Shown one piece after another: positions 26,839 to 38,408 of a stretch of 64,000 bases of DNA. The notes beneath the pieces were generated by a model. That model was not told where the DNA came from. It did not search any database and saw only the letters and a program-made list of their open reading frames with translations. Position 1 is the stretch's first letter; each line of letters opens with the position of its first letter. The translations under genes were made by a program, and so were the position numbers. Source of the DNA: Yuukianura sp. NJ FZ-2021 (Eukaryota); contig CM102286.1 in assembly GCA_046563655.1 (NCBI GenBank), forward strand, positions 2,046,001 to 2,110,000. The letters are read 5' to 3'.

Positions 26839-27603
26839 ATGAGTTATTCAGTGTGGTCCTATATATCCCCAGTACTCTTTTACCTTTACGACCCAATCAT
26901 TGCTGTTGTCTTTTGGCCCATAATTTTACTTGGTTCTTGGAGCCTAAAAATTCGCCAAAATTATTTCGGATTGTACTTTTTACTAGTTTTCAAAGTTTTT
27001 GGAAACGGACTGGAACAACATCGCCGCAATTTTTTCAAGTACTTCAACCAAAATTACTCAACGGAAGAACTGAGTAGGTTGGAAATTTTTGAAATCGGAC
27101 CTGGAGATGGAGCAAATTTTAAATACTACCCGTCTGGTACTGCAATCAGCACTGTGGAGGTCAACTCATTTTTTTCTGAGCGAATTCTTTTGGAAGCCAA
27201 AAAAACTGAACTCAAAACTGGCAAATTTGGGCACATTTTGGAATCAGCAGAGCAAATGGACTCAATTCCGGATAACAGTGTTGACATTGTAGTGGGAACT
27301 TATCTACTGTGTTGCGTCGATGACAAGCAAAAGGCTGTAAACGAAATTTACCGAATTTTGAAACCTGGCGGGAAATACTTCTTTGCTGAAGTAGATCATT
27401 ATGAACAGAGATTTTTCCAAAATGTTCAAAAAATGTGTGGCTGTATTCATGAATTTGTTGCCATGGGATGCACGGCTTTCCATCAAGATGTTCGTTCTAT
27501 TTTGGCTTCAGCAAATTTCAAAAAACGATATTTCGTAAATACCGAAGCTGCGCAACTGATTATTCCTCTTCGGAAACTTTGCTCAGGTCATGTAGAAAAG
27601 TGA
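26839..27603 (+). CDS. METTL7-like copy 2 (subtype B)
   Basis: FEIGPGDGANFKYYP, DNSVDIVVGTYLLCC, EIYRILKPGG; 254 aa. Confidence 0.88.
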   Translation: MSYSVWSYISPVLFYLYDPIIAVVFWPIILLGSWSLKIRQNYFGLYFLLVFKVFGNGLEQHRRNFFKYFNQNYSTEELSRLEIFEIGPGDGANFKYYPSGTAISTVEVNSFFSERILLEAKKTELKTGKFGHILESAEQMDSIPDNSVDIVVGTYLLCCVDDKQKAVNEIYRILKPGGKYFFAEVDHYEQRFFQNVQKMCGCIHEFVAMGCTAFHQDVRSILASANFKKRYFVNTEAAQLIIPLRKLCSGHVEK

Positions 27604-27651
27604 AATTTTCGTTCGTCGCTAAAGATCCATAAAAGTTTCCTTCAACAGTTG

Positions 27652-27890
27652 CAGTATGAACACGGATTTTTGTGGTTTGTTCAAAAAATTCATTTCATAA
27701 ATTTCTTATTAGTCTGGGCTGTACTGCGTCCTTTCAAGATGTACGCTCCATACTCACTTATGCTAATTTTAAAACAATTTGAAAAATGCAAAGTGTTTAG
27801 AAAATATTATTCTGTTGAGAAATTGTGGACTGTGGAGTCTGTTTTGGATTTGTGCAAAGGAAAAAGAATAATAACCTACATATAGTGAAA
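27652..27890 (+). pseudogene. Degenerate 3' fragment of a subtype-A METTL7-like gene
   Basis: CAGTATGAACACGGATTT...CAAGATGTACG...GCTAATTTT...GGATTTGTGCAAAGG parallels the 3' end of copy 1, with indels. Confidence 0.75.
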
Positions 27891-28229
27891 TTACTATTAT
27901 TAAATTATAAATAAAATTATTTATAATTATTCATTTATGATTATTAAATTACATTTATAATTATAATTTATTTATAATTATAGAACATTTTTGGAAAATT
28001 TAGTTGCTATGCAGAAGATAATCGTATGCCATTATCATCAAAGTTACACAATTTTGAACCTTGAAAATAATCAGCATTTACGATTAGACTTAAATTTAGG
28101 TTAGGCAGAACTACCAGAAGTGCCACAACTTACGAATAAGCTCTAAAATTTACATTTACATTGACACTGTTGAGGTGTTATTTAAAAAGCACAAAACTTT
28201 TGGTCAATTTTTGGTTTAAATTTTTTGAA

Positions 28230-28994
28230 ATGAGTTTTTCATTGTTGTCCTATATATCTCCGATTGTTTTGCTCCTGTACGATCCAATCATTTGTTTAGT
28301 TTTTTGGCCAGTCATTTTACTTGCTTCATGGAGCCCAAAGATTTACAACAGTTATTATGCATTCTACTGTTTACTGGGTTTCAAAATTTTTGGAGACGGA
28401 GTAGAACAACATCGCCGAAATTTCTTCAAGTACTTTAACCAAAATTGCTCAACGGAAGAACTGAGAAAATCGGAAATTTTGGAAATCGGACCTGGAAGTG
28501 GAGCAAATTTCAAACACTACCCGCCTGGAACTGCAATTAGCACTGTGGAGGTCAACTCCTTTTTTTCTGAACGAATTCTTTTAGAAGCCAAAAAAACTGA
28601 ACTCAAAACTGGCAAATTTGGACACATTTTGGAATCAGCAGAACAAATGGACTCAATTCCGGATAACAGCGTTGACATTGTAGTTGGAACTCTTTTACTG
28701 TGTTGCGTCAATGACAAGCAAAAGGTTGTAAGCGAAATTTACCGAATTTTGAAACCCGGTGGGAAATACTTTTTTGGTGAAATAGATCAATACGAACATG
28801 GGCTTTTTCAAATTGTTGAAAAAATGTTGTGTCGCATTCATGAATTTACTGGTATGGGATGCACCGGTTTTCATCAAGACGTTCGTTCTTTTCTAGGTTT
28901 AGCAAATTTCAAAAAACGAAATTTTGTCAATACTGAAGTAGCGCAACTTGTAATTCCTCTCAGGAAATTTTGTTCTGGGCATGCGGAAAAGTAA
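28230..28994 (+). CDS. METTL7-like copy 3 (subtype B)
   Basis: The ATG at 28230 aligns with the copy 2 start; LEIGPGSGANFKHYP, TLLLCC, ILKPGG; 254 aa. Confidence 0.88.
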   Translation: MSFSLLSYISPIVLLLYDPIICLVFWPVILLASWSPKIYNSYYAFYCLLGFKIFGDGVEQHRRNFFKYFNQNCSTEELRKSEILEIGPGSGANFKHYPPGTAISTVEVNSFFSERILLEAKKTELKTGKFGHILESAEQMDSIPDNSVDIVVGTLLLCCVNDKQKVVSEIYRILKPGGKYFFGEIDQYEHGLFQIVEKMLCRIHEFTGMGCTGFHQDVRSFLGLANFKKRNFVNTEVAQLVIPLRKFCSGHAEK

Positions 28995-29542
28995 TAAAAA
29001 AAATTGTTTTTTGTCTATAGCTGCTAACCTCACAAAAACTTCTGTAGAGCAAGGTTTGTAAACAAAAAAATAGTTTTTTCTTCAAGAGGTTACGCAATAA
29101 GTCGAACGTTTTAAATTTTGTTGAAAAATGAGCAGAACTTGATTCACCGTTCTTTTCTTTTTCAATGATTTGCATGTAATCAAATGGGATTGGCGGAAAA
29201 AAGTGCTGGCAGCGAGATGTTTAGGAAAATATGCTTATTTCCTAACCTGTTAAAAGAAAAATGTTTCGTTTCTACAGCAACCTTGCTGCAGCCTCTGTTG
29301 TTAACCATTACTAAATTGTGACTCTACAAACGATAATGCTGTCAATCATTAGTTAATGAAATGTTAACAGTTGTTAGTTAAGTACACTTTAATTTTCTCC
29401 TAGCGTGGTCCTGGACTTATAACCGCTATATAACTGACTGATTTGTTAAAACTATTTTCTGAATTTCAGAATTTCAAATTTGACAATTTATCATTCGTTT
29501 TTCTTTTTCAAATTATTTCCAAAAAGTTTGTTCAAAATAAAA

Positions 29543-30322
29543 ATGACTGTATTAAATCAGTTTAAATTTTGGTTTTGGCAAACTGCCGGTGTACTGTACG
29601 ACCCCATTGTTTGCTTTTTCTTTTGGCCTTTTATTATCCTAGCACATTTGGACGCAAAAGTTTATGACCTTTATTTCTTCATGTACTTCACAATTATCAA
29701 ATATTTGCTTGAAGACGGTTTCAAACAATTTCGAATTCGCTTGTTCAAAAAGTTCAACGACAGTTTAGTGAGTGCAGAGCAATTAGAAAATTTGAAAATT
29801 TTGGAAATTGGTGCCGGAACTGGAGCAAATTTTAAATACTACCCGCTGGGAACGACCATTAGCACACTGGAACTCAACTCAAAATTTCACAAGCTACAAA
29901 TTTCGGAAGCCAAAAAACATGGACTCAAAATTGGAAATTTTGGCCAAATTGTAGGAAATGTTGAACGAATGGATTCAATTCCAGACGGAACCTTTGACAT
30001 TGTAGTGGCAACGTTGCTTCTCTGCTGTGTCAAGAACAAACAACAAGCTGTACATGAAATTCACCGAATTTTGAAACCTGGAGGGAAACATTTCTTGGCA
30101 GAAGTTCATAATTTTGAAAGTGGATTCAACAGACGTTTTCAGCAAATGTACTTTTGGTTTCATAAAATTGGTGGCATGGGATGTACAGCTTCTTTTCAAG
30201 ACGTTCGTGCATTATTTTCTAGTGCAACTTTCAAAACAAACAATTTAGTTACGGCCGAAATGAGTGACCTTATCATTCCGTTTAGAAATGTTTGTCATGG
30301 ATTTGTTCAAAAACAGAAATAA
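29543..30322 (+). CDS. METTL7-like copy 4 (subtype C)
   Basis: MTVLNQFKFWFWQ start; LEIGAGTGANFKYYP, DGTFDIVVATLLLCC, EIHRILKPGG. Confidence 0.88.
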   Translation: MTVLNQFKFWFWQTAGVLYDPIVCFFFWPFIILAHLDAKVYDLYFFMYFTIIKYLLEDGFKQFRIRLFKKFNDSLVSAEQLENLKILEIGAGTGANFKYYPLGTTISTLELNSKFHKLQISEAKKHGLKIGNFGQIVGNVERMDSIPDGTFDIVVATLLLCCVKNKQQAVHEIHRILKPGGKHFLAEVHNFESGFNRRFQQMYFWFHKIGGMGCTASFQDVRALFSSATFKTNNLVTAEMSDLIIPFRNVCHGFVQKQK

Positions 30323-30548
30323 CCTTAATCAAATTGATTTTAAAGCTCTGTGAAAGTTTTCAAATAGGTTAGGCTTATTTTGAATTTGGAAAGTTTTAAA
30401 TGTCTTGTTGTTTTTTTACTTTTATTGACTTGGATCAAAGTTCGAAGTGGATCAAAAATGCTGTTGTTTTTGTTATGCAACTTTAGTTTCTAATTAATTA
30501 AAGTATTTTTTAATGTCATTCTTATATGTCATTCTGTTTTAATTCTGT

Positions 30549-30662
30549 CTAATTTTAAAACAGATCATTTGAAAAATGGAGAGTGTCAAGAGAACTTCAT
30601 TCAGTTTAGAAATTTCTGTTATGGATTTGTACAAAAGGAAGCAATACCACCCATGGACATAA
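30549..30662 (+). pseudogene. Orphan 3' tail of a subtype-A METTL7-like gene
   Basis: Encodes NFKTDHLKNGECQENFIQFRNFCYGFVQKE, nearly identical to the end of copy 1. The upstream part of the gene is missing. Confidence 0.85.
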
Positions 30663-30776
30663 TTGCTTTACTTAACTAAATTACTGTAATGTTTAAAATT
30701 ATACACAAATCGGTAACAAATTATTAAAATAGCAAGGTAATAGTATAATATTAAAACACTTTAACAAAAGTATTCA

Positions 30777-30800
30777 TGTCTGTCTGTCTGTCTGTCTGTT
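30777..30800 (+). repeat. (TGTC)n microsatellite
   Basis: TGTCTGTCTGTCTGTCTGTCTG. Confidence 0.85.
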
Positions 30801-31346
30801 CCAATTAATTATCTTAACAACTGCTTGAAAGATTGCATTCTGTTTTACATATATCGGCAATATTGACATATCGCATAGCAGTTTTACACATATCACTACG
30901 GTATATGTTACCCGTGGTGAACTCCTTCCGGGTAGAAATCGATTTTTTTATTTTGGAATTTGTACCCATCCCCACTTTTGTTTTAAATTCTATCGCTTCT
31001 AAAAGTGTTGGGAACGAAACTGGACTAGTTTCGTGCAGTTTAGCTTTAGAAAACTGCTTTCAGCCTGTCTGAGCTATTTTTATTATATGCGGCTTACAAT
31101 TGCTTTATTTATCTTCAAGGACACCATTTTTTGAAAATTTAGTTACTATGCAGTGGGTAATCCAAGTAAGTCTTTCTCGTTATCATTAAAGTTGCACAAT
31201 TTTGAGCTTTAAAATAATCAGCACTAGACATGGATGTAACTAGTACAAGTAGGAGTGACACACAATACAAATAAGCTCAACACTGTTCCGGTATTTTTCA
31301 AAAACACAAAATTGTTCGGCCCTTTTTTAATTTAAAATTTTTCGAA

Positions 31347-32122
31347 ATGAGTTCTTCAGTGTGGTCCTATATTTCTCCAGTCCTTTTGCTGCTTTACGAC
31401 CCAATCATTTGTGCACTTTTTTGGCCAGTCATTTTACTTTCTTCTTGGAGCACAACAATTCGCAACAATTATTATGCATTCTACTGTTTACTGGGTTTCA
31501 AAATTTTTGGAAGCGGAGTGGAACAACATCGCCGTAATTTTTTCAAGTACTTTAACCAACTTTGTTCAGAGGAAGAACTAAGAAAGTCAGAAATTTTGGA
31601 AATCGGACCTGGAGTTGGAGCAAATTTCAAATTCTACCCGCCTGGAATTGCAATCAGCACTGTTGAGGTTAGGTTAACCAACTCATTCTTTTCTGAACGA
31701 ATTCTTTTGGAAGCCAAAAAAACGGAACTCAAAACTGGGAAAAATTTGGACACATTTTGGAATCTGCTGAGCGAATGGAGTCTATTCCAGATAACAGCGT
31801 TGACATTGTAGTTGGAACTCTTTTACTGTGTTGCGTCAATGACAAGCAAAAGGTAGTAAGCGAAATTTACCGAATTTTGAAGCCTGGCGGGAAATACTTT
31901 TTTGGTGAAATAGATCAATACGAACACGGGCTTTTTCAAATTGTTGAAAAAATGTTGTGCCGCATTCATGAATTTACTGGTATGGGATGCACCGGTTTTC
32001 ATCAAGACGTTCGTTCTTTTCTACGTTTAGCAAATTTCAAAAAACGAAATTTCGTCAATACGGAAGTTGCGCAACTTGGAATTCCTCTCAGGAAATTTTG
32101 TTCAGGACATGCACAAAAGTAA
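31347..32122 (+). pseudogene. METTL7-like copy 5 (subtype B), frameshifted
   Basis: Relative to copy 3 it has an in-frame 9-nt insertion (TAGGTTAAC, 31670-31678) and a +2 frameshift at ~31739-31744 (GGGAAAAATTT versus GGCAAATTT). It is split over two ORFs. Confidence 0.82.
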
Positions 32123-32439
32123 CAAAAAAAAATTGTTTATATAATTTCTAAGTTCACAAAAGTTTCCAGAGAGTCCGTTTTACGAACCATTTAGTAAATT
32201 GTGACACTCCAAGCGATAATGCTGTCAACCATTAGCTACGTATAAGTTAATGTTAACTATCGTTAGCTAATTGACATTTAAGTTCCGTCTAATAAAGTTC
32301 TGGGCAGTACCGCTTTACTCGCTGATTTGTTAACATTATTTTCTAATTTTCAAAATCTTATATTCAAAAACATTTTTTCATTGCTTGGAAGTTCGTTTTT
32401 TTTTAGAAATTGAGTTCAAAGAATTTGTTTACAATAAAA

Positions 32440-32661
32440 ATGACAGTAATAAATTATTTAAATTTTTGGTTCTGGCAAAGTGCTGCTGTAATTTACGACC
32501 CACTTGTTTGCTTCTTCTTTTGGTCAGTTATTCTCCTAGCACATTTCAACGCGCAAATTTACGACTTGAAGAAAAAACTATTTTCTTGTTTACAAACCAT
32601 GAGTGACCTTATCATTCCATTTAGAAATGTTTGTCATGGATTTGTTCAAAAACAGAAATAA
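32440..32661 (+). pseudogene. METTL7-like copy 6 (subtype C), catalytic core deleted, frame preserved
   Basis: The N-terminal ~43 aa match copy 4, followed by ~11 unrelated codons and then MSDLIIPFRNVCHGFVQKQK*, identical to the copy 4 end. Confidence 0.82.
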
Positions 32662-32862
32662 ACTTAATCGAATTGATTTTAAAGCTCTGTGAAAGTTTTC
32701 AAATATAGCTTAGGCTTATTTTGAATTTCGAAAGTTTTTAAATGTCCTGCTGTTTTTTACTTTAATGACTTGGATCATCAAAGTTGGAAGTGGATCAAAA
32801 ATGCTGTTGTTTTTGTTATGCAACTTTTGTTTCTAATTAATTGACTTATTTTTTAATGTCAT

Positions 32863-34110
32863 TTTTATATCTCTGCTTTCATCTTGCACAAAATTTTGGA
32901 AGCGTGGGAAAATTCTTGAAAGTTGAAAACTTGCACGCGCCAATCATCCGCTCATAACCATTTCCTCACTACCGAGATTTTTACTTTTTCAACCCCCATC
33001 AAAATCATCCCCCGGGAGAGTCGTTCACACGATTCACAAATACTTCCAAGCACATACTGCTTCCAGCGTGTGCACAATTGCACAAATGTGCACATAAATT
33101 GTGCAAATGTGCTCAGCACATCTATACTGCCAGTACAATTGGAATGACTTTGTGATTCCCAGAAGCTTTAGGAATGATGATGAATTATCATTGTCTGCCA
33201 GACACAAATAAAATCAAGTTAATTTCTCCCTCAGGGTTGCTCAGCACCCCGACACACAGTGGAGGGTGCACTTTTACTTTCACATGTAAATCACTCTGCA
33301 TTAGGTTAGTTAGGTTACAAAGTAGGTTGGACATAGTACACTCTGCAGTAGGTTAGTTAGGTTATGCATTAGGTTGGACACAGTGTTATAATATTTCCAT
33401 TCCATTTGAGTATGACTATTACTTTTGTGATATTACAAAGAGTCACTTTCTCACTCCTCGATTCAATTATTTCAGAAGAGGGTCGCATCCACGAACTTTT
33501 TGGATTTATTATTATGACTATTCAGAAAAAAAGACAAATCAACTTGCCACTTTCAATTTCTCCTGCAAAAGCTTGAGTCTCCGTGTAATCCAGTATCAAC
33601 GGGAGGATACTTTTGGAATATTAACAGACTGTTCAGTGGTGGTGCGTGAATCGCTGAGAGAACTGTGGGGAAAGTGGAATTTGATCCCTGGAATTACTAT
33701 GATTTCTCCCTCGTTTGTTTCTATACATTCTTCTTTCCCCATTTTTTTTGATTCTCCAGTTTCTATTGCCCCGCTATTATTTTGTGGCATTTTCACCAAC
33801 TTGAAATATTAAAAAAAATGGAGAGATTTCCTGAAATGTCTAATGGGGTAGAATTTTTCGGATAAAAATCACTGCATACGCCAGTTGGATGCTACAATTT
33901 TGTTGAGCATTAGTGAAAATGTAGGAAAACTTGAATTAGGTTGGATTTCAGTTGTGGACAAATAGGTTAGGCTAGTTGGGTTAACATTGGAGGGAGGCAG
34001 AGCGTTCCCTAGGCGACGCTTTGCCAGTAGTTATTTTGTTCTGGAAGGCCTAATGACAGAAAATTGTTCTGTGGGATTAGCGGACAAAGCAACTTGGACT
34101 AAAGGTATAA
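32863..34110 (+). repeat. Non-coding block R2 (second copy of R1)
   Basis: Matches 23263-24460 except for a divergent middle. Like R1, it precedes a subtype-A gene. Confidence 0.85.
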
Positions 34111-34997
34111 AATTCTGGAAAAACCTGCTTCTACCAAAAATAAGTTGAATTTTTTTAAATTAGAACATATGTAAGAAGTGTCGCTATTTTATTTTTATAA
34201 TCAACTTTAGTTTACTTATGGGAGACCGTCGAAAATTTATCCCTTTGTGAACAGGAACCACTTCTCAGTATTTCGTAATTTTACTTCTTTTTACATTACA
34301 CAAGTATTAAATGACACTTAAATGTTTCTTTACAACCAAGGCACTTTTTAAGGTAACTTTTACTTTTATGGAGTTCAGTTTATAGCAGACTTTACTTTGA
34401 CATAAAGTCAATTTTTTATTTCTTTACAACTAAAGTTTCTGTTTGATTTTAGTAATAACCAAAATATAGTGACAACATTTCCTTATGAATTCAATTTTAA
34501 CCTTGGTTTTTCTCAAAAATATCTTTGTAATAAAAATTGTGTTTATATAAACTGAGCGATTTCTTGTGCTGGACATTTCAGTATAACGAAAAATTTTGAT
34601 GAAATCTGTGAAAATTTCATAAGTAATATTTTTAGAACGAATTTCTACAAAGCAGTATTCCAGAAACTTTTGTTATTGTATTTTTCCTGGGAAAAACTCG
34701 AACAAACATAATTCAGGTACAACACTCAACACAAATTTAGCTCAATCTAGCATCAAATGTAATTTTTCCAGCAATTCACTGGTGAATGATAAATCAAGGT
34801 TAATTCAAAGTTAATTGCTAACATTTTTATGTATCAAAGTGGCTTGTCTAATTTCAATTTTAATTTAAAATTGAAATCCGCGATTTCTATTGAACACTCT
34901 CATTTTTTGAGTTTAAAGTTTTTGGAAATTGTTTGTCAAAATGTCCATTACAACTTATTGGAACTTTTTTCTTATATTTCTTAGAATTTTGTTTAGA

Positions 34998-36355
34998 ATG
35001 TCTGCTTCAATCCAGTTGCTTTTTCGGAACCTGGTAATTCTTTTGGGCGATCCATTGGTTTCCATAGTTTTATGGCCTCTGATCCTCCTGTCATCTTGGA
35101 GCGCCAAATTGTACGACCTCTACTTCTTCATCTACTACCGAACAGCCTTAGTCTTTATTCAAGACGGCATGAAGTATGTTCGAAAATGTTTGTTTGACGA
35201 ATTCAAACGAACTCTACAAGCTGAACAGAAGGAACAGCGGGAAATTCAAATTTTGGAAATCGGTGCTGGAATGGGCTCAAATTTTGAATACTACCCGCCC
35301 GGCTCTACTCTGAACACACTCGAACTGAATTCAAAATTTCATGCTCACCAAATTCAAGCAGCAAAGAAGAAAGAATTGAAAATTGGAAAATTTGGACAAA
35401 TTTTGGGCTCGGCGGAAAACATGGACACAATTCCGGACGAATCTTTTGATTATGTTGTAGGTACTCTTGTCATTTGTTGTTTCAAGGACAAGCAACAAGC
35501 TCTACGTGAAATTCGTCGAGTTTTGAAACCTGGCGGGAAATATTTTTTGGCGGAACTTGATCAATATAAACACGGATTCTCGCGATTTGTTCAAAAAATT
35601 TATGCTCCGTTTCACACATTTGCTGAATTGGGTTGTACTGCGGTTTTTCAAGACGTGTGTTCTATTCTTACTAGGGCTGTTCAAGTTCCGGTTCCAGATC
35701 CGGAACTTTTACGGTTCCAGTTCCGTTTCCGGATCCGTTTCCTAAATATTTGGAACCGGAACTTATATTTCGGATCCGGTTCGGATCCAGTTCCATTGTA
35801 TGATGGAACCGGTTCTTCTGGCATTTGGAACTGGAACCGGTTAACTTCATTATCGCCAAATTCAAACAAAATTTTCCCTAAAAAGCTGGTGTGCATCACC
35901 AAAACAATTTACAAAAAAATCAATTGACAAAGCAGCAGTGGTGTATAAGTCCCTTGGTGAATATTTATATACCATAACTAAACCTAACAATTTAACTAAT
36001 CTGTATATTAGTTAAATTGTTAGGTTTAGTTACCTTGTTACCATTTATGAACTGGACAAATGCATTTTCTGTTTTTATTTCGGTTCCAGTTCCGGTTCGG
36101 TTCGGATCCGGTTCCGGTTCGGTTCGTTTCCGGTTCTGAATTTTTGAACTAGTTCGGTTCCGTTACCAAATTTATCAGTTCCAGTTCCGGATCCGTTTCC
36201 ATGTGGATCCGATCCGATCCGGAACTTGAACAGCCCTAATTCTTACTCTGGCAAATTTTGAAACAAACAATTTGAAAAATGGGGAGTGTTCAGAACATGC
36301 TATTCCGTATAGAAAGTTTTGCTATGGATTTGTACAAAAAGAAAAGTTGTCATAA
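34998..36355 (+). pseudogene. METTL7-like copy 7 (subtype A), interrupted by a MITE
   Basis: Removing 35672-36246 restores ...QDVCSILTLANFETNNLKNGECSEHAIPYRKFCYGFVQKEKLS* (TAA at 36353-36355), collinear with copy 1. Confidence 0.9.
35672..36238. mobile_element. Non-autonomous hAT-type DNA transposon (MITE), 567 bp
   Basis: Perfect 20-bp TIRs (TAGGGCTGTTCAAGTTCCGG), an 8-bp TSD ATTCTTAC (35664-35671 and 36239-36246), dense subterminal GGTTCC/GGATCC repeats, and no transposase. Confidence 0.93.
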
Positions 36356-36751
36356 ATTGACATAGTAATTACAATCAGTTAAAGCAATCGTCACCTTAAC
36401 ATTGATATGAATTGGCATTTATGAAAAAAGCTACAGCAATAAACAGAGCAGAAATTTTTTGCCTCAGCCCGTTACTTTTTTTATTAGTTTTTCTTTAGTC
36501 GTTTTTTCCCGTGGTAACTTAAACTAGGTTTTTAGTTTAGTTAATTAGTAATTAGCCCTTGAGTTTATCACAGGCCGTGCGAAGGTCTATGCATTCAGTT
36601 TCTATCCAGCAATCAAGCTTCTAACATACGTTAAACGCTGGGGATTGCATTAGACAATTAGAAAAATTAAATATATTAGGAATCCCTTTACAAATTTACA
36701 AATTGTTAGTTAAATTTTGAAAAAGAGAAACACATTTGATTTTTTTCCGAA

Positions 36752-37516
36752 ATGTCATTTTCAATCAAGTCAATTTTTTGCTTTATTGCTTTGCAAATTT
36801 ACGCTCCACTCGTCTGTATTTTTTTGTGGCCAATTATAATACTTGCACATTACAACACCACGGTTGCCGAAATTTATCTTTTCTTTCACATTCGGATTGC
36901 ATTATTTTTACTTCAAGTTGGTTTGGAACAATATCGAAACGCTTTATTCAAAAAATTTAAGCAAACAATAGAAGGAGAAGATTTCCAAAATTTAAAAATT
37001 TTGGAGATTGGAGCCGGAACTGGAGCGAATTTCAAATTTTTCCCGCCGGGAACCACCATTAATACGCTGGAACTAAATTCAGAATTTCACAATCAACAAA
37101 TTCAAGAAGCCAAGAAATGTGGACTCAAAATTGGAAAATTTGGGCAAATTTTGGGAAATGTTGAAAAGATGGACACAATTCCAGACGGATCTTTTGATAT
37201 TGTTGTGGCCAGTTTACTCCTGTGTTGTGTCCATAACAAAACACAAGCTGTTCGTGAAATTCATCGAATTTTGAAACCTGGCGGCAAATATTTCCTGTTG
37301 GAGTTGGATCATTTTGAAAGTGGATTTCGCCAAATTGTTCAAAAATGTCATAACCTTTTTCATAAATTTTCGTTTCTTGGATGCACCGCTGCTTTTCAAG
37401 ATGTACGGGCCATTGTTGCCAGCGGGAATTTCAAAAGAAGCAGTTTGGCAACAATGGTATGTCCGGAGGTGACTATTACTTTCAGCAAAGTCTGCTTTGG
37501 ATTTGTACAAAAATAA
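36752..37516 (+). CDS. METTL7-like copy 8 (subtype D)
   Basis: LEIGAGTGANFKFFPPG, DGSFDIVVASLLLCC, EIHRILKPGG; 254 aa. Confidence 0.88.
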   Translation: MSFSIKSIFCFIALQIYAPLVCIFLWPIIILAHYNTTVAEIYLFFHIRIALFLLQVGLEQYRNALFKKFKQTIEGEDFQNLKILEIGAGTGANFKFFPPGTTINTLELNSEFHNQQIQEAKKCGLKIGKFGQILGNVEKMDTIPDGSFDIVVASLLLCCVHNKTQAVREIHRILKPGGKYFLLELDHFESGFRQIVQKCHNLFHKFSFLGCTAAFQDVRAIVASGNFKRSSLATMVCPEVTITFSKVCFGFVQK

Positions 37517-38408
37517 AAAATTATTGTAACAACAAGGCTTATAATATGAGTAAAGAAATATTTAAAATTGGCAATTAAAGTGTTAACTTTAGGCTTTAAA
37601 CGTTTGTGCCTCAAAATAAAACATTCACTTCGAAATTAGCTTTCGAGTCCTGGTTGCAAATTGTATTTCCATTTTGATGAAGTTGAGAACTTTCAACATA
37701 AATTTTGTCAAATTAACATTTTCGGACGTATTTCGCTATGGTCTATTTATATAATTTTTTGTAAGGTTATTTCATAAGTAAATTTTCATAAGCAAAGATA
37801 AAGCGTGCTGCGTTGCGCAATTTCAAAACTTTTAGTCAGGAGTTGGACAAATTCGTGAACATACGAACTTCCATAAGACTTCGGAAACATTTACTGAATG
37901 ATTTGTACGACACTCAGAAAACTACAGCCACATTTGCGCATCACAATGCGTTTATGCACATCGCTGCGAACAGATTTTTCACAAAAACTGCTTTAGTTTT
38001 CCAGAAATCAGAGATTTTCTGGAAGATGCTGCGGAAAGCGTCGGATTTCTTGTTAGTTTTATTCCTACGGCTGGGTAATTCCACTATAATTTGTTTAATA
38101 TAGTTAGTGTTAGTGTTTAATATATAGTCTATAAAAAGCAACAGCGAAAAAACAACGTAATACTGTTAGTAGCTTTGCCTACAGTTCGTCTCTCACTTGT
38201 TTTCCCCCAATGTCAACCAAGCTTATGTTTGTTACTTAAGTCGTTGGGTTTAGGACAAACCGTGCTAAAGATATGTGAATTCAGTGTTTATCCAGCAATC
38301 AAGTTGCTACCATTAGGCCAAGCGCTAGGAATTGTGTTAGACAATTAGACAAATTAAATTTGTTGAGAACTAAATTTCAAACTAGAGAAAAATAACTTTG
38401 CTTCGAAA

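Noticed and set aside
35672..36238. MITE acting as a perfectly spliced introner
   Set aside because: Pairing the GT dinucleotides at 35679, 35685 or 35691 with the terminal AACAG leaves 20, 26 or 32 extra nt, none a multiple of 3.
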